A stretch of DNA of 64,000 bases from Spirochaetaceae bacterium (GCA_051531975.1 JAOPTT010000002.1:153968-217967); one strand, 5' to 3'. Counted from the first letter of the stretch, positions 29,742 through 40,389 are shown. Numbers and translations: made by a program. The notes: generated from the letters alone by a model not told the origin.

Positions 29742-31292
29742 TTATTGACCTAAGTAAGCGTCAACTTGCATTTGTAATTTAGCAATAAATTCTTCAACAC
29801 CAGCTGAATCAAGTTTCTTAATAAATTCTTCGTAGTGTTTCTCATAATCATCGTCTGCACCAGAGTTTAATGGTTTTACAAACTCATTAACAACTGCGTC
29901 AATTTTAGCTTTATCTGAAGTAAGTTCAGCTAAATCAGGAACAAAACCAAATAATGGAGATTTTGTAGCTTGATTATTCCATTTAGTAAGTCTTGAATCT
30001 AAGAATAATTTAGATCTATCAGCACTGTTTCCAACGTTTCCAAGCACCCAGTCAAAAATACTGTAAGCTCCTGGCTTAAGAATTTTTGAAGGAATCTCTG
30101 TGTCAGAAGCACCTGGAACAGCTTCCCAGTGCTCACCTTCAATTCCTAGATGAAGAAGGTTGAACATTTCTTTATCAGTATTAATAATCTCAAGAAGCTT
30201 GATAGCTCTTTCAGCATTAGGTGTTTTAGCATTGATAAAGTTCATTGTAGCTGTACCTGCAGTATATGGTAGGTATAGCGGTGCTGTACGACCACTTATT
30301 ACCTCTTGAGTTGAAAATATATTGTTAAGTTCAAGGGTAAAATCATCAGGTGTACCAGTATTAGTAGTCATAATTCCATAAGTATTTAATCGATCATCGT
30401 CAATATTAGTTGGTAGTTGAGCTGATAACACATCTAATCGGATGAAATCCCTATTATACATATCTCTCATCCAGTCAATAAAGTCTTTATATTCCTGTGT
30501 TTTGAACATATTAACTAACTGAACACTATCATTATTAAACTTATCGATTACAGCAGGACTAACAATTGTCTCGTAGTCTCTTTCCATAATCATATTTTCT
30601 GTTACAGTTTTTTCAACCAAAAAGTAAGGATCTATTACTGAATTGATACCTGAATCCATTTCGTTTTTTAATATGTTAGCAAAATATGGTTCCATGCTTT
30701 TCATGATATCAATAGTTTTAATGCTTCTATCAAAACCATCTTTTTCTATTTGCTCATAATCAAGTCCATATTTTTCAGCCCAATCTTTTCTAGCAATATA
30801 TCCATAACCATTCCACAACTGTTGATAATTAGTAAGTCCATACATTTTCCCATCGTATGTACCAGTCTGGAAAACTGTTTCAGGTAATACTTCTTTTAAT
30901 TTTGGAGCATGGTTATCAATAAGATCATCTAAAGGCATAAACGCACCATTAGCAACTTTCTGAAGATAGTCTCCAGCCCAGCTTGAACACCACATGATAT
31001 CAAAATCTTCACCTGCAGTTATCATAAGCTCAATTCTGTCAGCATAGTTTCCAAACCCATAAGTTAATATTTTTAACTCAGTATTAGGTAGCTTATCTTG
31101 TAACTTTTTGTTAAATTCTTCCAACACCTTATCCATATCTGGTGTTTGGTCTCCAATAACAACCCAAGTAAGTGTTACAACTTCCGCATCTCCAGTAGCT
31201 TCCACATTTGATTCAGCTTGGTTCTTTGACCATGCGAGGGAAGAAACTGCCATAATTAACAATACTGCCAAGATTCTTTTTCTTGATTTCAT
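29742..31292 (-). CDS. Carbohydrate ABC transporter substrate-binding protein (LplA/DUF3502-like)
   Basis: Signal peptide, AGEDFDI, GIEGEHW, SPLFGF, LDSAGV...QMQVDAY tail. Confidence 0.9.
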   Translation of the reverse strand: MKSRKRILAVLLIMAVSSLAWSKNQAESNVEATGDAEVVTLTWVVIGDQTPDMDKVLEEFNKKLQDKLPNTELKILTYGFGNYADRIELMITAGEDFDIMWCSSWAGDYLQKVANGAFMPLDDLIDNHAPKLKEVLPETVFQTGTYDGKMYGLTNYQQLWNGYGYIARKDWAEKYGLDYEQIEKDGFDRSIKTIDIMKSMEPYFANILKNEMDSGINSVIDPYFLVEKTVTENMIMERDYETIVSPAVIDKFNNDSVQLVNMFKTQEYKDFIDWMRDMYNRDFIRLDVLSAQLPTNIDDDRLNTYGIMTTNTGTPDDFTLELNNIFSTQEVISGRTAPLYLPYTAGTATMNFINAKTPNAERAIKLLEIINTDKEMFNLLHLGIEGEHWEAVPGASDTEIPSKILKPGAYSIFDWVLGNVGNSADRSKLFLDSRLTKWNNQATKSPLFGFVPDLAELTSDKAKIDAVVNEFVKPLNSGADDDYEKHYEEFIKKLDSAGVEEFIAKLQMQVDAYLGQ

Positions 31293-31352
31293 TAAACTCT
31301 CCTTAAAATATTTGTTAAAACCCAGTATGTTTTTACATATACTGAGAAATTA

Positions 31353-32261
31353 CTACTTTGTAGATCCTACTGTCATACCCTTTGAAAAGTATTTTTGAAA
31401 GAAAGGAAATATAAACATCATTGGCCCAGCTGCAACTACTGCAATAGCCATTCGAACCGTTTCTGAAGGGAACTTAGATATTTGTTCCTGTAAAGCTGCC
31501 GGTAGAGATGCAAAATTCGATTTAAGAAAATCCATTTCAAGTAATATTTTTTGTAATAAATATTGCAATGAATACAGATCCTCATTATTTAGAAACATTA
31601 AGCTTGGGTAAAAATCATTCCATCGATTTAACAGAGTAAAAACAGCTACTGTCGCTAAAACTGGTGTAGATAAAGGTAGAACGATCTTAAAGAAAATTCG
31701 AATTTCTGAAGCACCATCAATTTTGGCTGCATCAAAAAGGGAACTAGGTAAACTCTTAAATGAAGTTAATATAATTATTACAAAGAATGGATCAATAAGT
31801 GGTACCATAAAAGAAAAGAAGTGAACCCACATTGTATCACCAAGATGTAAAAACTGTGTAACGAGTATATAAAAAGGAACCAAACTAACTCGGCACATTA
31901 AAGGGAATAATACAAAAAATGTAACACCCTTTCTGTACTTAAAATTAGCTCTTGATAGCGGATAAGCTAAAAGCGCCATTAAAAAAGTTCCTATAAATGT
32001 ACCTCCAAAAGCTGAAATGATATTCACCCCATAAGCATTCAGAATAGTTGCAGGATTGTAAAAAACATTAGCATATGCAGCAAAATCTATAACTTTAGGA
32101 AAAAAAGTATACCCATAAGTTCTAATCGTTTCACTGTTTGAAAGTGAAGTAACGATAACATACCATAAAGGTATAATACACAATAATGAATATATAAATA
32201 ATATAATATATATAACCGGACTAGTGGTCTTTTGGTTTAATTTATTTCTTTTCGATAACAT
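31353..32261 (-). CDS. Carbohydrate ABC transporter permease (LplC-like)
   Basis: EAA-type loop DAAKIDGAS; FPFFQKYFSKGMTVGS. Confidence 0.93.
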   Translation of the reverse strand: MLSKRNKLNQKTTSPVIYIILFIYSLLCIIPLWYVIVTSLSNSETIRTYGYTFFPKVIDFAAYANVFYNPATILNAYGVNIISAFGGTFIGTFLMALLAYPLSRANFKYRKGVTFFVLFPLMCRVSLVPFYILVTQFLHLGDTMWVHFFSFMVPLIDPFFVIIILTSFKSLPSSLFDAAKIDGASEIRIFFKIVLPLSTPVLATVAVFTLLNRWNDFYPSLMFLNNEDLYSLQYLLQKILLEMDFLKSNFASLPAALQEQISKFPSETVRMAIAVVAAGPMMFIFPFFQKYFSKGMTVGSTK

Positions 32262-32278
32262 AAGTAATAATTCCTCCT

Positions 32279-33256
32279 TTAGAATATTGCACTTTCTGGG
32301 CTCATTCTTTTAATAATAGAATTGGTGATCAGAACCAGAATCACACCTATAACTGTTTGAAACAGACCGACGGCTGATGACATCCCAATATCTCCTACCT
32401 GTACTGTAGCTCTATAAACATATGTATCAATTACATCTGTTGTACGATACAAAAGTCCTGAGTTTCGTGTTACTTGTAAAAATAGCCCTAAATCCTGCCT
32501 AATTACCGATGTACCTACAGCTATCAATGACATCGTTGCAATTACCGGAGCTATCGAAGGAATTGAGATATTCCATGCTTGCTGCCATTTATTCGCACCA
32601 TCTAACTCAGCAGCTTCAAACAATTCACTATTAATTTGCATTAACGCCGAATAATAAACTAATGACATCCATCCTACATTTTTCCAGGCATGAATTAGCG
32701 GTATTATTATTGGCCAGGCTGAAGCCTTGGTATACCAATCAAATACATCAAACCCCATACTTTTCTTAAAAGTATTTACTACACCAGATTGGGCATTTAG
32801 AAAAATATAAACGATAAAAGCAACCATAATCCATGAAAGAAAGTTTGGTAATATAACAGAGGTTTGTACTATTTTTAGTGCTATCCTATTTGTAAGTTGA
32901 TACATAAGCAGTGCCACTATCAATGCAAGAACTGTGTTACATATTATGAATACGACTCCATAACCGATACTATTTCTTGTGATTCTCCAAAGATCATTGG
33001 AAGTTAAAAGGAATTCAAAATTTTCGAATCCAACCCATTTACTTCCAAATATACCTAAATTGTATTTATAATCTTTGAATGCCAAAACTGAGCCAGCTAA
33101 TGGTAAATAATTAAATATAAATAGATAGGTTAGAGCAGGTAATGACATAAGGAAAAATACTAAACTGCCTGAAGATGAAAAAGGTTTCCGTCTTATGGAC
33201 TTTTTAGTAAAAAGAAAACGACCTTTTGTTTTAGGATTTTCTTGATTGTTGCTCAT
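32279..33256 (-). CDS. Carbohydrate ABC transporter permease (LplB-like)
   Basis: SKWVGFENF, EAAELDGA, DVIDTYVYR, AVGLFQ. Confidence 0.93.
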   Translation of the reverse strand: MSNNQENPKTKGRFLFTKKSIRRKPFSSSGSLVFFLMSLPALTYLFIFNYLPLAGSVLAFKDYKYNLGIFGSKWVGFENFEFLLTSNDLWRITRNSIGYGVVFIICNTVLALIVALLMYQLTNRIALKIVQTSVILPNFLSWIMVAFIVYIFLNAQSGVVNTFKKSMGFDVFDWYTKASAWPIIIPLIHAWKNVGWMSLVYYSALMQINSELFEAAELDGANKWQQAWNISIPSIAPVIATMSLIAVGTSVIRQDLGLFLQVTRNSGLLYRTTDVIDTYVYRATVQVGDIGMSSAVGLFQTVIGVILVLITNSIIKRMSPESAIF

Positions 33257-33293
33257 ACTTATAGACTCCTGTATTTGTTAAGTTGATATATTT

Positions 33294-33445
33294 ATTATGT
33301 AACGGTTTTTTACAGCTGCATACGCCATAATTTTTACCTAAGGACACGAATATTGCCCAGTTTTTATTCTTATTTATATCTATGGTGTTTATTCTGATTT
33401 ACTGATGTCAATATATGTGACTATTTGATTTAATGAATAATTATT
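33294..33445 (-). promoter_or_regulatory. Repeated promoter cassette, copy 1 (drives the ABC-GH95 operon)
   Basis: Minus-strand CATAAT -10 (33294-33299); core TACGCCATAATTTTTACCTAAGGACACGAATATTGCCCAG; TAATGAATAATTATT at 33431. Confidence 0.8.
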
Positions 33446-33576
33446 TTGGTGGGATAGAATTTATGAACCCACCTAAGTAATGATTTCGAATTCATCTTCT
33501 TAGATATATACTGGGCTGCACAATCATTATTATTACTCAAGTTTTTAGAATGTAAAAAATGATTCATGTCCCTTTT

Positions 33577-34398
33577 TTAGTTTACAGTATAATGGTACTC
33601 CTTAAGTTCCTGTACCACTTCGGGATATTCATTCCAGATATTCTTGGTTTCCCTACTATCATTTTCAATATTATATAGTTGCCCCCTCAGGACCTTCATT
33701 ATTATTATATCTTGCAGGTTCGCTGAACCCACCAGAACCTAATCCGGCTTTTATTACATCTGGCCACATAGCAAGGCAAGGTTCTTTATGTCCACCCTCA
33801 TAAATATAACCTTTCTGACCTCTTAAATTACCGATGGCCTTATGTCCATAATCTTTACCATTATAATTTAAAACACGAACACCATTGTCACTTGAAATAA
33901 TGACAAAAGTATTATCTTTCATACCATTTTCAGCAAGAGAATCCATTATTTCTCCAACCATATAGTCTACTACAAGTACCATATCACCTCTCAGTCCGGC
34001 AGTTGATTTACCTTTGAACTGATCGGGAGGAACACATGGTCTATGAGGTGATGTAGGAGTCACATGCATATAAAATGGTGTATCTTTTTCTTGTCCTCTT
34101 TCATTTATATATTCAACCGCTTTCTCGGTGAATTTCATATCAACATGTCTATCATCCCAACATTTTGACATCATTCCTTTTCGCTGCTGCGGATATTAGT
34201 TTGTTTTTTCTATATCTGGGATTGTTTCAGGTTCATTATTCTTGAGAAAACAATATGGAGGCATATCATGAAAAGTAACCCCTCCTGTGCCATACGGTCC
34301 ATATTAGGTGTTTTAAACTTTTCAGCGCCATAGCAACTCAAATCACCATAGCCCATATCATCAGCAATGATAGTAATTATATTTTGTCTTTTATTCAT
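33577..34398 (-). pseudogene. Arylsulfatase-like sulfatase pseudogene
   Basis: N-terminus [23 protein letters not shown], middle SPHRP/SSDNG/GQKGYIYEGGH and C-terminal QLYNIEND.RE..N lie in different frames; the CxPxR region is absent; only 0.8 kb remains. Confidence 0.9.
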
Positions 34399-34473
34399 AT
34401 TTATCTCCTTAAAAAATTCCTATTTAGTAGCTTTTATCTTTTCCAACCCTTCGACCGGTTAGTTTATGTAATT

Positions 34474-34717
34474 ATTATGTTCCGGTTTTTTACAGCTGCA
34501 TACGCCTTTATTTTTACTTAAGGTCACGAATGTTGACCAGTTGTATTATTTCTTAATCTATTGTTTTAATCGTGTTATAAGAATATTAAGATAAGTAACT
34601 ATTCATATATTATGAACAATTATTCTGAAGGTATGGTAAAGTTATTTATATTTACAGTTAGTTTAGTGGTTGTAGATCAACGGCAAAATGAAGCTAAAAC
34701 ATATGTATATTTATCTT
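34474..34717 (-). promoter_or_regulatory. Repeated promoter cassette, copy 2 (upstream of the sulfatase pseudogene)
   Basis: CATAAT -10 (34474-34479); core TACGCCTTTATTTTTACTTAAGGTCACGAATGTTGACCAG; TTATTCTGAAGGTATGGTAAAGTTATT matches the response-regulator leader. Confidence 0.8.
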
Positions 34718-35883
34718 GTAAGGACTAGAAACAACGATAAACCTAACATTACACAGCCAAGTAACACTTTGACTATTGTCATTCTTCGTTTCGTTATGCT
34801 TAATAAATTCTGCCATGTCAGCCCAAAAACAGATAGAACAATTATTATTAATAAAGGTAGTACAAATAAGAAGTTATAGAAAAGCAAGTATAAAAATCCC
34901 TTGGCTTTAAATCCAACTGTATTTGTCATTAATATAATTGTTGGTAAATAGACCTGTCCAGTACAGACTGCTTCCAACAGAGAAATAAGGAACCCTGTTA
35001 ATATGGAGCCAAGAACCAAACTACGGCCTTTCAAATTGTACCTTATGATTTTATGCATACTCTTTTTTATTGGAAGTGGTAATTGCACTTTGATCTTTCC
35101 AAGTTCGTCTAAGCGATAATAATTGAAAGCGTCAATAAAACATATAACACCTACAATGGCAGAAAATGCTATTGCAAGCCATTTTATTATTTCTGAAATG
35201 AGATAATAGTTTTGCAACATTGTAATTCCTTTAAAAGCTCCAAGTCCAAGTAAAAGGTATGTTAAATAAACACTAAAGGAAAAACACAATCCAACAATCA
35301 TAATTTCTTTTTTAGTCCTTTTTTTTGTCGATAAAAACGAGATTAAAAATATTATTGTCGCTATGGCACATGGATTAATTCCATCTATCAAACCGGCAAG
35401 GAAGATTCCCAAAAAAGTAAATGCTTGCAAATCTGCCTTTAGATAAGATTGTGTTTCATTTTCTTCAGTATTTAATACCAGGATTTTCCATTTCTCGTTA
35501 TCAGCCAAATAAGTTTCAATTATTGCGACCGCATTATCCATAATGTTTCTATATCCCGCAATATATGTATCTGCTACAACAAGAAATTGAGGATAAGACT
35601 TATCTAGATTGAATTCCTTTTCATATGCCTCTAGTAATAGATATCCTTCTTTATCTTGTAATTCATGAAAGGATAAATCAATTTGTTTGGGATATCTCAT
35701 TTTATATACAGAAAGGATCTCATTTTCAATTTTAAGGCACTTACTGCAAGAATCCGATCCGAAAAACTGGATCCTTAGTTTTTCAGTTCTGATTGTTTCA
35801 GAATTGAGCATACAAAGGCTACCAATAAAGAGTAATGTAATAATATGCAGTTTTTTTAGTTTGATAATAATCTTATACTCCAA
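34711..35883 (-). CDS. Thioredoxin-like (CxxC) domain plus CcdA/DsbD-like membrane domain protein
   Basis: FFGSDSCSKC; GLIDGINPCA; LLEAVCTGQVY; YNFLFVLPL. Confidence 0.82.
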   Translation of the reverse strand: MEYKIIIKLKKLHIITLLFIGSLCMLNSETIRTEKLRIQFFGSDSCSKCLKIENEILSVYKMRYPKQIDLSFHELQDKEGYLLLEAYEKEFNLDKSYPQFLVVADTYIAGYRNIMDNAVAIIETYLADNEKWKILVLNTEENETQSYLKADLQAFTFLGIFLAGLIDGINPCAIATIIFLISFLSTKKRTKKEIMIVGLCFSFSVYLTYLLLGLGAFKGITMLQNYYLISEIIKWLAIAFSAIVGVICFIDAFNYYRLDELGKIKVQLPLPIKKSMHKIIRYNLKGRSLVLGSILTGFLISLLEAVCTGQVYLPTIILMTNTVGFKAKGFLYLLFYNFLFVLPLLIIIVLSVFGLTWQNLLSITKRRMTIVKVLLGCVMLGLSLFLVLTR

Positions 35884-35978
35884 TTTCTTTTACCAGGATT
35901 AAAACAGTTATCGGTTATGATTGACTTTATTGCTTATTTCCTTGTTTTTTTACCATGGTTATAATAATAATATGCAAA

Positions 35979-36004
35979 AGGACTGTCTACTTTTGAGACA
36001 GCCC
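35979..36004 (-). terminator. Probable terminator downstream of the glycosidase-lectin gene
   Basis: GGACTGTCT-acttttg-AGACAGCCC preceded by AAAA on the plus strand. Confidence 0.5.
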
Positions 36005-36087
36005 AATAATTTTAAACTAGTAAATAGTTATCTGACTATCGGTGTAATAAAACCATACAGTCAGAAACTGTAATAAATAAGGGGATA

Positions 36088-38415
36088 TTAATTCCCGAAC
36101 ACCTGAACTTCCGCTAGGCTTAAAGCAGCGTCACCGTTCTGTATGATTTTCACATAACTACCAATAATGCCCCCGGCATTTACGGTTGTGGATGGATCGG
36201 GATATCCTGTCTGATAATTTTCCCAGATTACATCTCCGACTGCATCTAAGACTAGGATAGTATAGTCAGTGAGTCTTGACATATATTTTGTGTCAGTTCT
36301 GTTCCAGATAATGATATCACCAATACTATAGTTCTGTTCCAGGTCGACTTGCCACCAGGACCCACTCCCAGTAGCTTCTGTATGGGTTACAGAACCACTG
36401 GACCAGAGACCATCAGTGTTTCCATCAACTGCTCTGCTTGCCTCACCTTCATATGCTGTTGTGGATTGTTCCGTAGTTTTGCCATCAGAAATGTTTTCAT
36501 CTGGTTCTACTGGTGGATCAACATCCAATTCTTCATAGACCTGAACTTCCGCAAGGCTCAAAGGGTTTGCGCTGTTCTGTATGATTTTCACATATCTACC
36601 CGTGATACCCCCAGCATTTGCGGTTGTAAATGGATTGGGATATTCGGTCTGATCATCATCCCAGATTGCTGTTTCACTTGAATCTAGGATCTGTATAGTG
36701 TAATCACTGAGTCTGGACATATATTGTGTGTCTGTTCTGTTCCAGATAATGATATCACCAATACTATATTCCTCTCCAAGGTCTACCTGCCACCAGGAAC
36801 CACTCACTGCGTCTGTATGGGTTACAGAACCACTAGCCCAGAGACCATCAGTGTTTCCATCTACTGCTCTGCCTGCTACACCAGAATAAGCTGTTATAGA
36901 TTGTTCAGCAGTTTTGCCTTCAGCAATGTTACCACCTGGCTCAACTGGTGGAACAATAATAACACCGTCAGTTGTCAGTTTAATTACTGAATCCACCGAG
37001 TCCCATGAATCACTGGAATTAAGCGTTATACTTACCTGGCTCGATGTCTGAGAGAAGCTACAAGCGTTGCCTGTACGTAAGTTAACTGCAGAAGTGTATA
37101 CTCTACCGTCATCTGGAGTATTAATGGTGAGAGTTGTTCCAGAAAGAGATTTTAATACATGAAGATATTCAAAGTCACCATCGGCTGATCGGGTAGCAAT
37201 ACCCCAATCCAAATCGTTAATAGTTGTTCCTTCAGCTGTTGGCCATGAATCACTTGGGACCGTGCTTTTAATAGACTCACCCACTTCATCAATCATGCTT
37301 CCTAAACCTGTCATACCGGAGAGTATACCTTCATTCCAGGATACTGTAGTAGTTGGATATGGACCCATGGACCAAGCCACTCCACCACCTTCTTCGTTAA
37401 CTCCAGCTTGTAGAACTGTGTACTTATACATCATTTCACTTGTATAACGAATAGTTCCTGGTTCAGCAAACCAAGCACTGTCTGAAACAAAAGAAATCGA
37501 TCTCTCGTATGCAGGCCATGTTTCCTCATTAGCATTATCAATCACATAACCATCTCTTGAGAAAGTAACCGAGGGTACCTTAACCTCAACGGCACCAAAA
37601 TCTGCGCTTTCGTTAGCGAAAGTATTCGCTATCAATACGGCATCAGGAAGTATTGCTCTAATGGTTTCTCCTATACGAGCCGTATCTGTACAACCATAGG
37701 ACAAACCCTTATCAAACCAGAATCCTTTAACTTGTGCCTTATAGCGATTTGTCAATTCTGCGATCAGCTCATTAAGAAAGTCGTTGTAGGTTTCTGAGTA
37801 GGTGCTTCTATCAATGTAGCCAACTGCGGCTTGTTGTTCAGGAGAAAAGTTATGAGCTTCCGAAGGTTGAATATACCAATATACATCAAGATCTTCAGCT
37901 TCACAGGCATCTAATAATTCCTGTAATACATCACGCTGAGAACTATGAGGTTCACCTAACCAATCATCAATGACATCACTTGGGTATAATGGATACTGCC
38001 AACAATGCCACGCCGTAAAAATAAGATACTCTGGGCTCATTGCAACGATGTCGTCTACAAATCCTTGCACATCAAAATTATCAGCTACTTCATCTACGGT
38101 TTCTGGAATAGATCCATCTGGATATTGAGTAATAGAACATCCGTATTCGTCTGTAGCACTACCACCAAAGCCATAATGTACAAATATTCCATAACCTTTA
38201 TGACTATATTCCTCAAAAGCACTGGATGTATCAGTCACATTGTAATTAGATGTACTAGACACAGAACGATTCACACCATTATTTGCATCTTCAAGAACTT
38301 GTACTGGAGTATCATCTCCTGGCAAGCTACAAGAGATTGTAATCATTGTCATAAGGCATATGAATACAACACCTAGCAATATTCTTCTTTTTTTCTTCAC
38401 TGTTCGTTTTTTCAA
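36088..38415 (-). CDS. Lipoprotein: divergent GH29-like (alpha-L-fucosidase-like) barrel plus two F-type lectin/CBM47-like domains
   Basis: ITISC lipobox; YGIFVHYG, YLIFTAWH and GFWFDKG echo GH29 motifs; two C-terminal repeats RAVDGNTDG...THT...WWQVDL...WNRTD...SRL...LSLAEVQV; TTG start with GGAGGA. Confidence 0.8.
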   Translation of the reverse strand: MKKRTVKKKRRILLGVVFICLMTMITISCSLPGDDTPVQVLEDANNGVNRSVSSTSNYNVTDTSSAFEEYSHKGYGIFVHYGFGGSATDEYGCSITQYPDGSIPETVDEVADNFDVQGFVDDIVAMSPEYLIFTAWHCWQYPLYPSDVIDDWLGEPHSSQRDVLQELLDACEAEDLDVYWYIQPSEAHNFSPEQQAAVGYIDRSTYSETYNDFLNELIAELTNRYKAQVKGFWFDKGLSYGCTDTARIGETIRAILPDAVLIANTFANESADFGAVEVKVPSVTFSRDGYVIDNANEETWPAYERSISFVSDSAWFAEPGTIRYTSEMMYKYTVLQAGVNEEGGGVAWSMGPYPTTTVSWNEGILSGMTGLGSMIDEVGESIKSTVPSDSWPTAEGTTINDLDWGIATRSADGDFEYLHVLKSLSGTTLTINTPDDGRVYTSAVNLRTGNACSFSQTSSQVSITLNSSDSWDSVDSVIKLTTDGVIIVPPVEPGGNIAEGKTAEQSITAYSGVAGRAVDGNTDGLWASGSVTHTDAVSGSWWQVDLGEEYSIGDIIIWNRTDTQYMSRLSDYTIQILDSSETAIWDDDQTEYPNPFTTANAGGITGRYVKIIQNSANPLSLAEVQVYEELDVDPPVEPDENISDGKTTEQSTTAYEGEASRAVDGNTDGLWSSGSVTHTEATGSGSWWQVDLEQNYSIGDIIIWNRTDTKYMSRLTDYTILVLDAVGDVIWENYQTGYPDPSTTVNAGGIIGSYVKIIQNGDAALSLAEVQVFGN

Positions 38416-38586
38416 CTATATCCTCCGTATTTTAATGATAGGATCTGTAAATTCAGCTTTAATCCTTATCATAAACATAATTAAACATGGTGAAATAATA
38501 ATTTCTCAACCATGAAATTTAACTAAAAATAATTATTTGACTTACAGGTTTATTAATATCGCTAGTCAGACTTCAATTATTTTTTT

Positions 38587-38836
38587 CATCTCTCATTAGC
38601 ATCCACGTTCTTTCCAGCTCCCCAATTCTGATTACTAAATACATGATGCCAATCCATAGTTCTATAGCTATTTGCATCATCCACAAAATAAGAATAATAC
38701 AACCATACTTTACCCATCCCATAGATATTTATATGGAACTAATTTATAAAGATGTGTTCCAAGGAATATACAGCACTGATGAAAATACAAGCAGTATTCC
38801 TGTTAGTAAAATTTTAACTTGTTTATATAATTTAAA
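38587..38836 (-). pseudogene. Possible remnant of a secreted protein gene
   Basis: Minus-strand fragments KQVKILLTGILLVFSSVLY (signal-like) and GMGKVWLYYSYFVDDANSYRTMDWHHVF are interrupted by stops; family not recognised. Confidence 0.25.
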
Positions 38837-38847
38837 ATGATAAAAAT

Positions 38848-39200
38848 TTACATCTTTTTAGACTTCTTAGTAGAAAGATATTGACCTTTAGTTGTATAAC
38901 TTTCTTGGTTGTTGCTCAATTTATTGAAACTGTATTTGTTAGGTTGATATATTTATTATGGACCTGTTTTTTACAGACGTATACGCCATTATTTTTACTT
39001 AAGGTCACGAATATTGACAAGCTTTATTATTAATTCAACTTATGCTTAGAATTCTGATATACTTATATCAAAAGATGTGACCACTCATATGTAATGAATA
39101 ATTATTTATTAGGTGTGATAAATTTATTTACAGTAACAGCGTGTTTTAATGAGTGTAGGTCAATGGAGAGATGAAGCTAACACATTTGTATATTTATCTT
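38848..39200 (-). promoter_or_regulatory. Repeated promoter cassette, copy 3, with a fossil 5' end of the ABC permease gene
   Basis: CATAAT -10 (38955-38960); core TACGCCATTATTTTTACTTAAGGTCACGAATATTGACAAG; downstream TTG-SNNQESYTTKGQYLSTKKS versus permease MSNNQENPKTKGRFLFTKKS. Confidence 0.8.
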
Positions 39201-39374
39201 TAAATTGACCATAAAATGTTTTATTTTTAAATAAGTTATATATTGTGGATTTGTTTTTAATATCTTGTTTCAATATATCTGTATAATTTATCATCTCTTT
39301 ATATAGCTTTCAAATTACATCCATACGTCAAAGATTTTAGGATTCAAGATACCTATGATGTCATACTCCAACCT

Positions 39375-40359
39375 TCATTTATATTGTATGCTTCCAAGTT
39401 CATCCATTTGATTTAAAACAACATCTGTCACAATTGCATTTCTTAAGGAATCCTCATAAGTTACTAAAGGTTTTTCTCCCTCTAAAATACAACGTCCTAA
39501 CTGACTTACTTCCAGCTTATAATTATTCTCGCTGACTACTGAAATAGTTTCACTTTTATCATCTTTAATGATTTCGATTTTAAGTTCACCAGATCCATTA
39601 AAATTTAAGTTTCCCTCTATTCTTCCTTTTTTTCCCACCAAAGTATAACCGCTCCAGCTATATGTGTTCATGGCACAATACGAAACTGCTGTAATACCAC
39701 CTTCGAAAGTCATAAGTATCCAACTGTTTAAATCTACTTCAGTTTCGGAATCAATCTCACCAACTGAATGAATATTCTTAGGTTCAGATCCTACAAGATA
39801 TCTAATATTACTTATAGCATAGACACCTGCATCAAGGGTTGCTCCACCACCTAAAGCCTTGCGTACCTAATATTTGATCTGTCTTTCAAATTAAATGTAA
39901 AATGGGATTCTATAAATTTTAGCTGACCTATTACCCCTTCATCTAACAGGCTCTTAACCTTTATTAACATAGGATTATGCCTAGAAGCAAAGGCCTCCAT
40001 AAATAACAATCCTTTTTCATCAAATACACTTTTAATTTTTTAACCTCATCTGCTGACATGGCTAACAGCTTCTCACACAGAACATGTTTATTTTTTTTTG
40101 CCGCTTTAATTTCCCATTCAATATGTAAGTTGTTTGGTAATGGAATATAAACTGCATTTATATTTGGATCATCTAATAGTTCCTCATAACTCAAATATGT
40201 TTTAACTGGTTTGAATTTCTGGTTAAAAGCTTTTAGTTTTTCAATATTCCTACTAGTAAGTCCGTATAAAACTGCATTTTCTGACTCTAGAATACCCGAA
40301 ATTACACCATAATCAGCTATTCCTGCACAACTAATAACTCCCAGTTTATTTTTTTCCAT
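39375..40359 (-). pseudogene. Gfo/Idh/MocA oxidoreductase pseudogene
   Basis: YIPLPNNLH and HVLCEK in one frame; FMEAF and LGGGATLDAGVY in other frames; C-terminus in ORF 39375-39713; at least two frameshifts (near 40035 and 39862). Confidence 0.9.
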
Positions 40360-40389
40360 TTTATATCTCCTTTAATATATAACTCATTT

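Noticed and set aside
34688..34879. 63-aa plus-strand ORF downstream of cassette copy 2
   Set aside because: Almost entirely antisense to the CcdA-like gene; the homologous start in copy 3 (ATGAAGCTAACAC...) stops after ten codons
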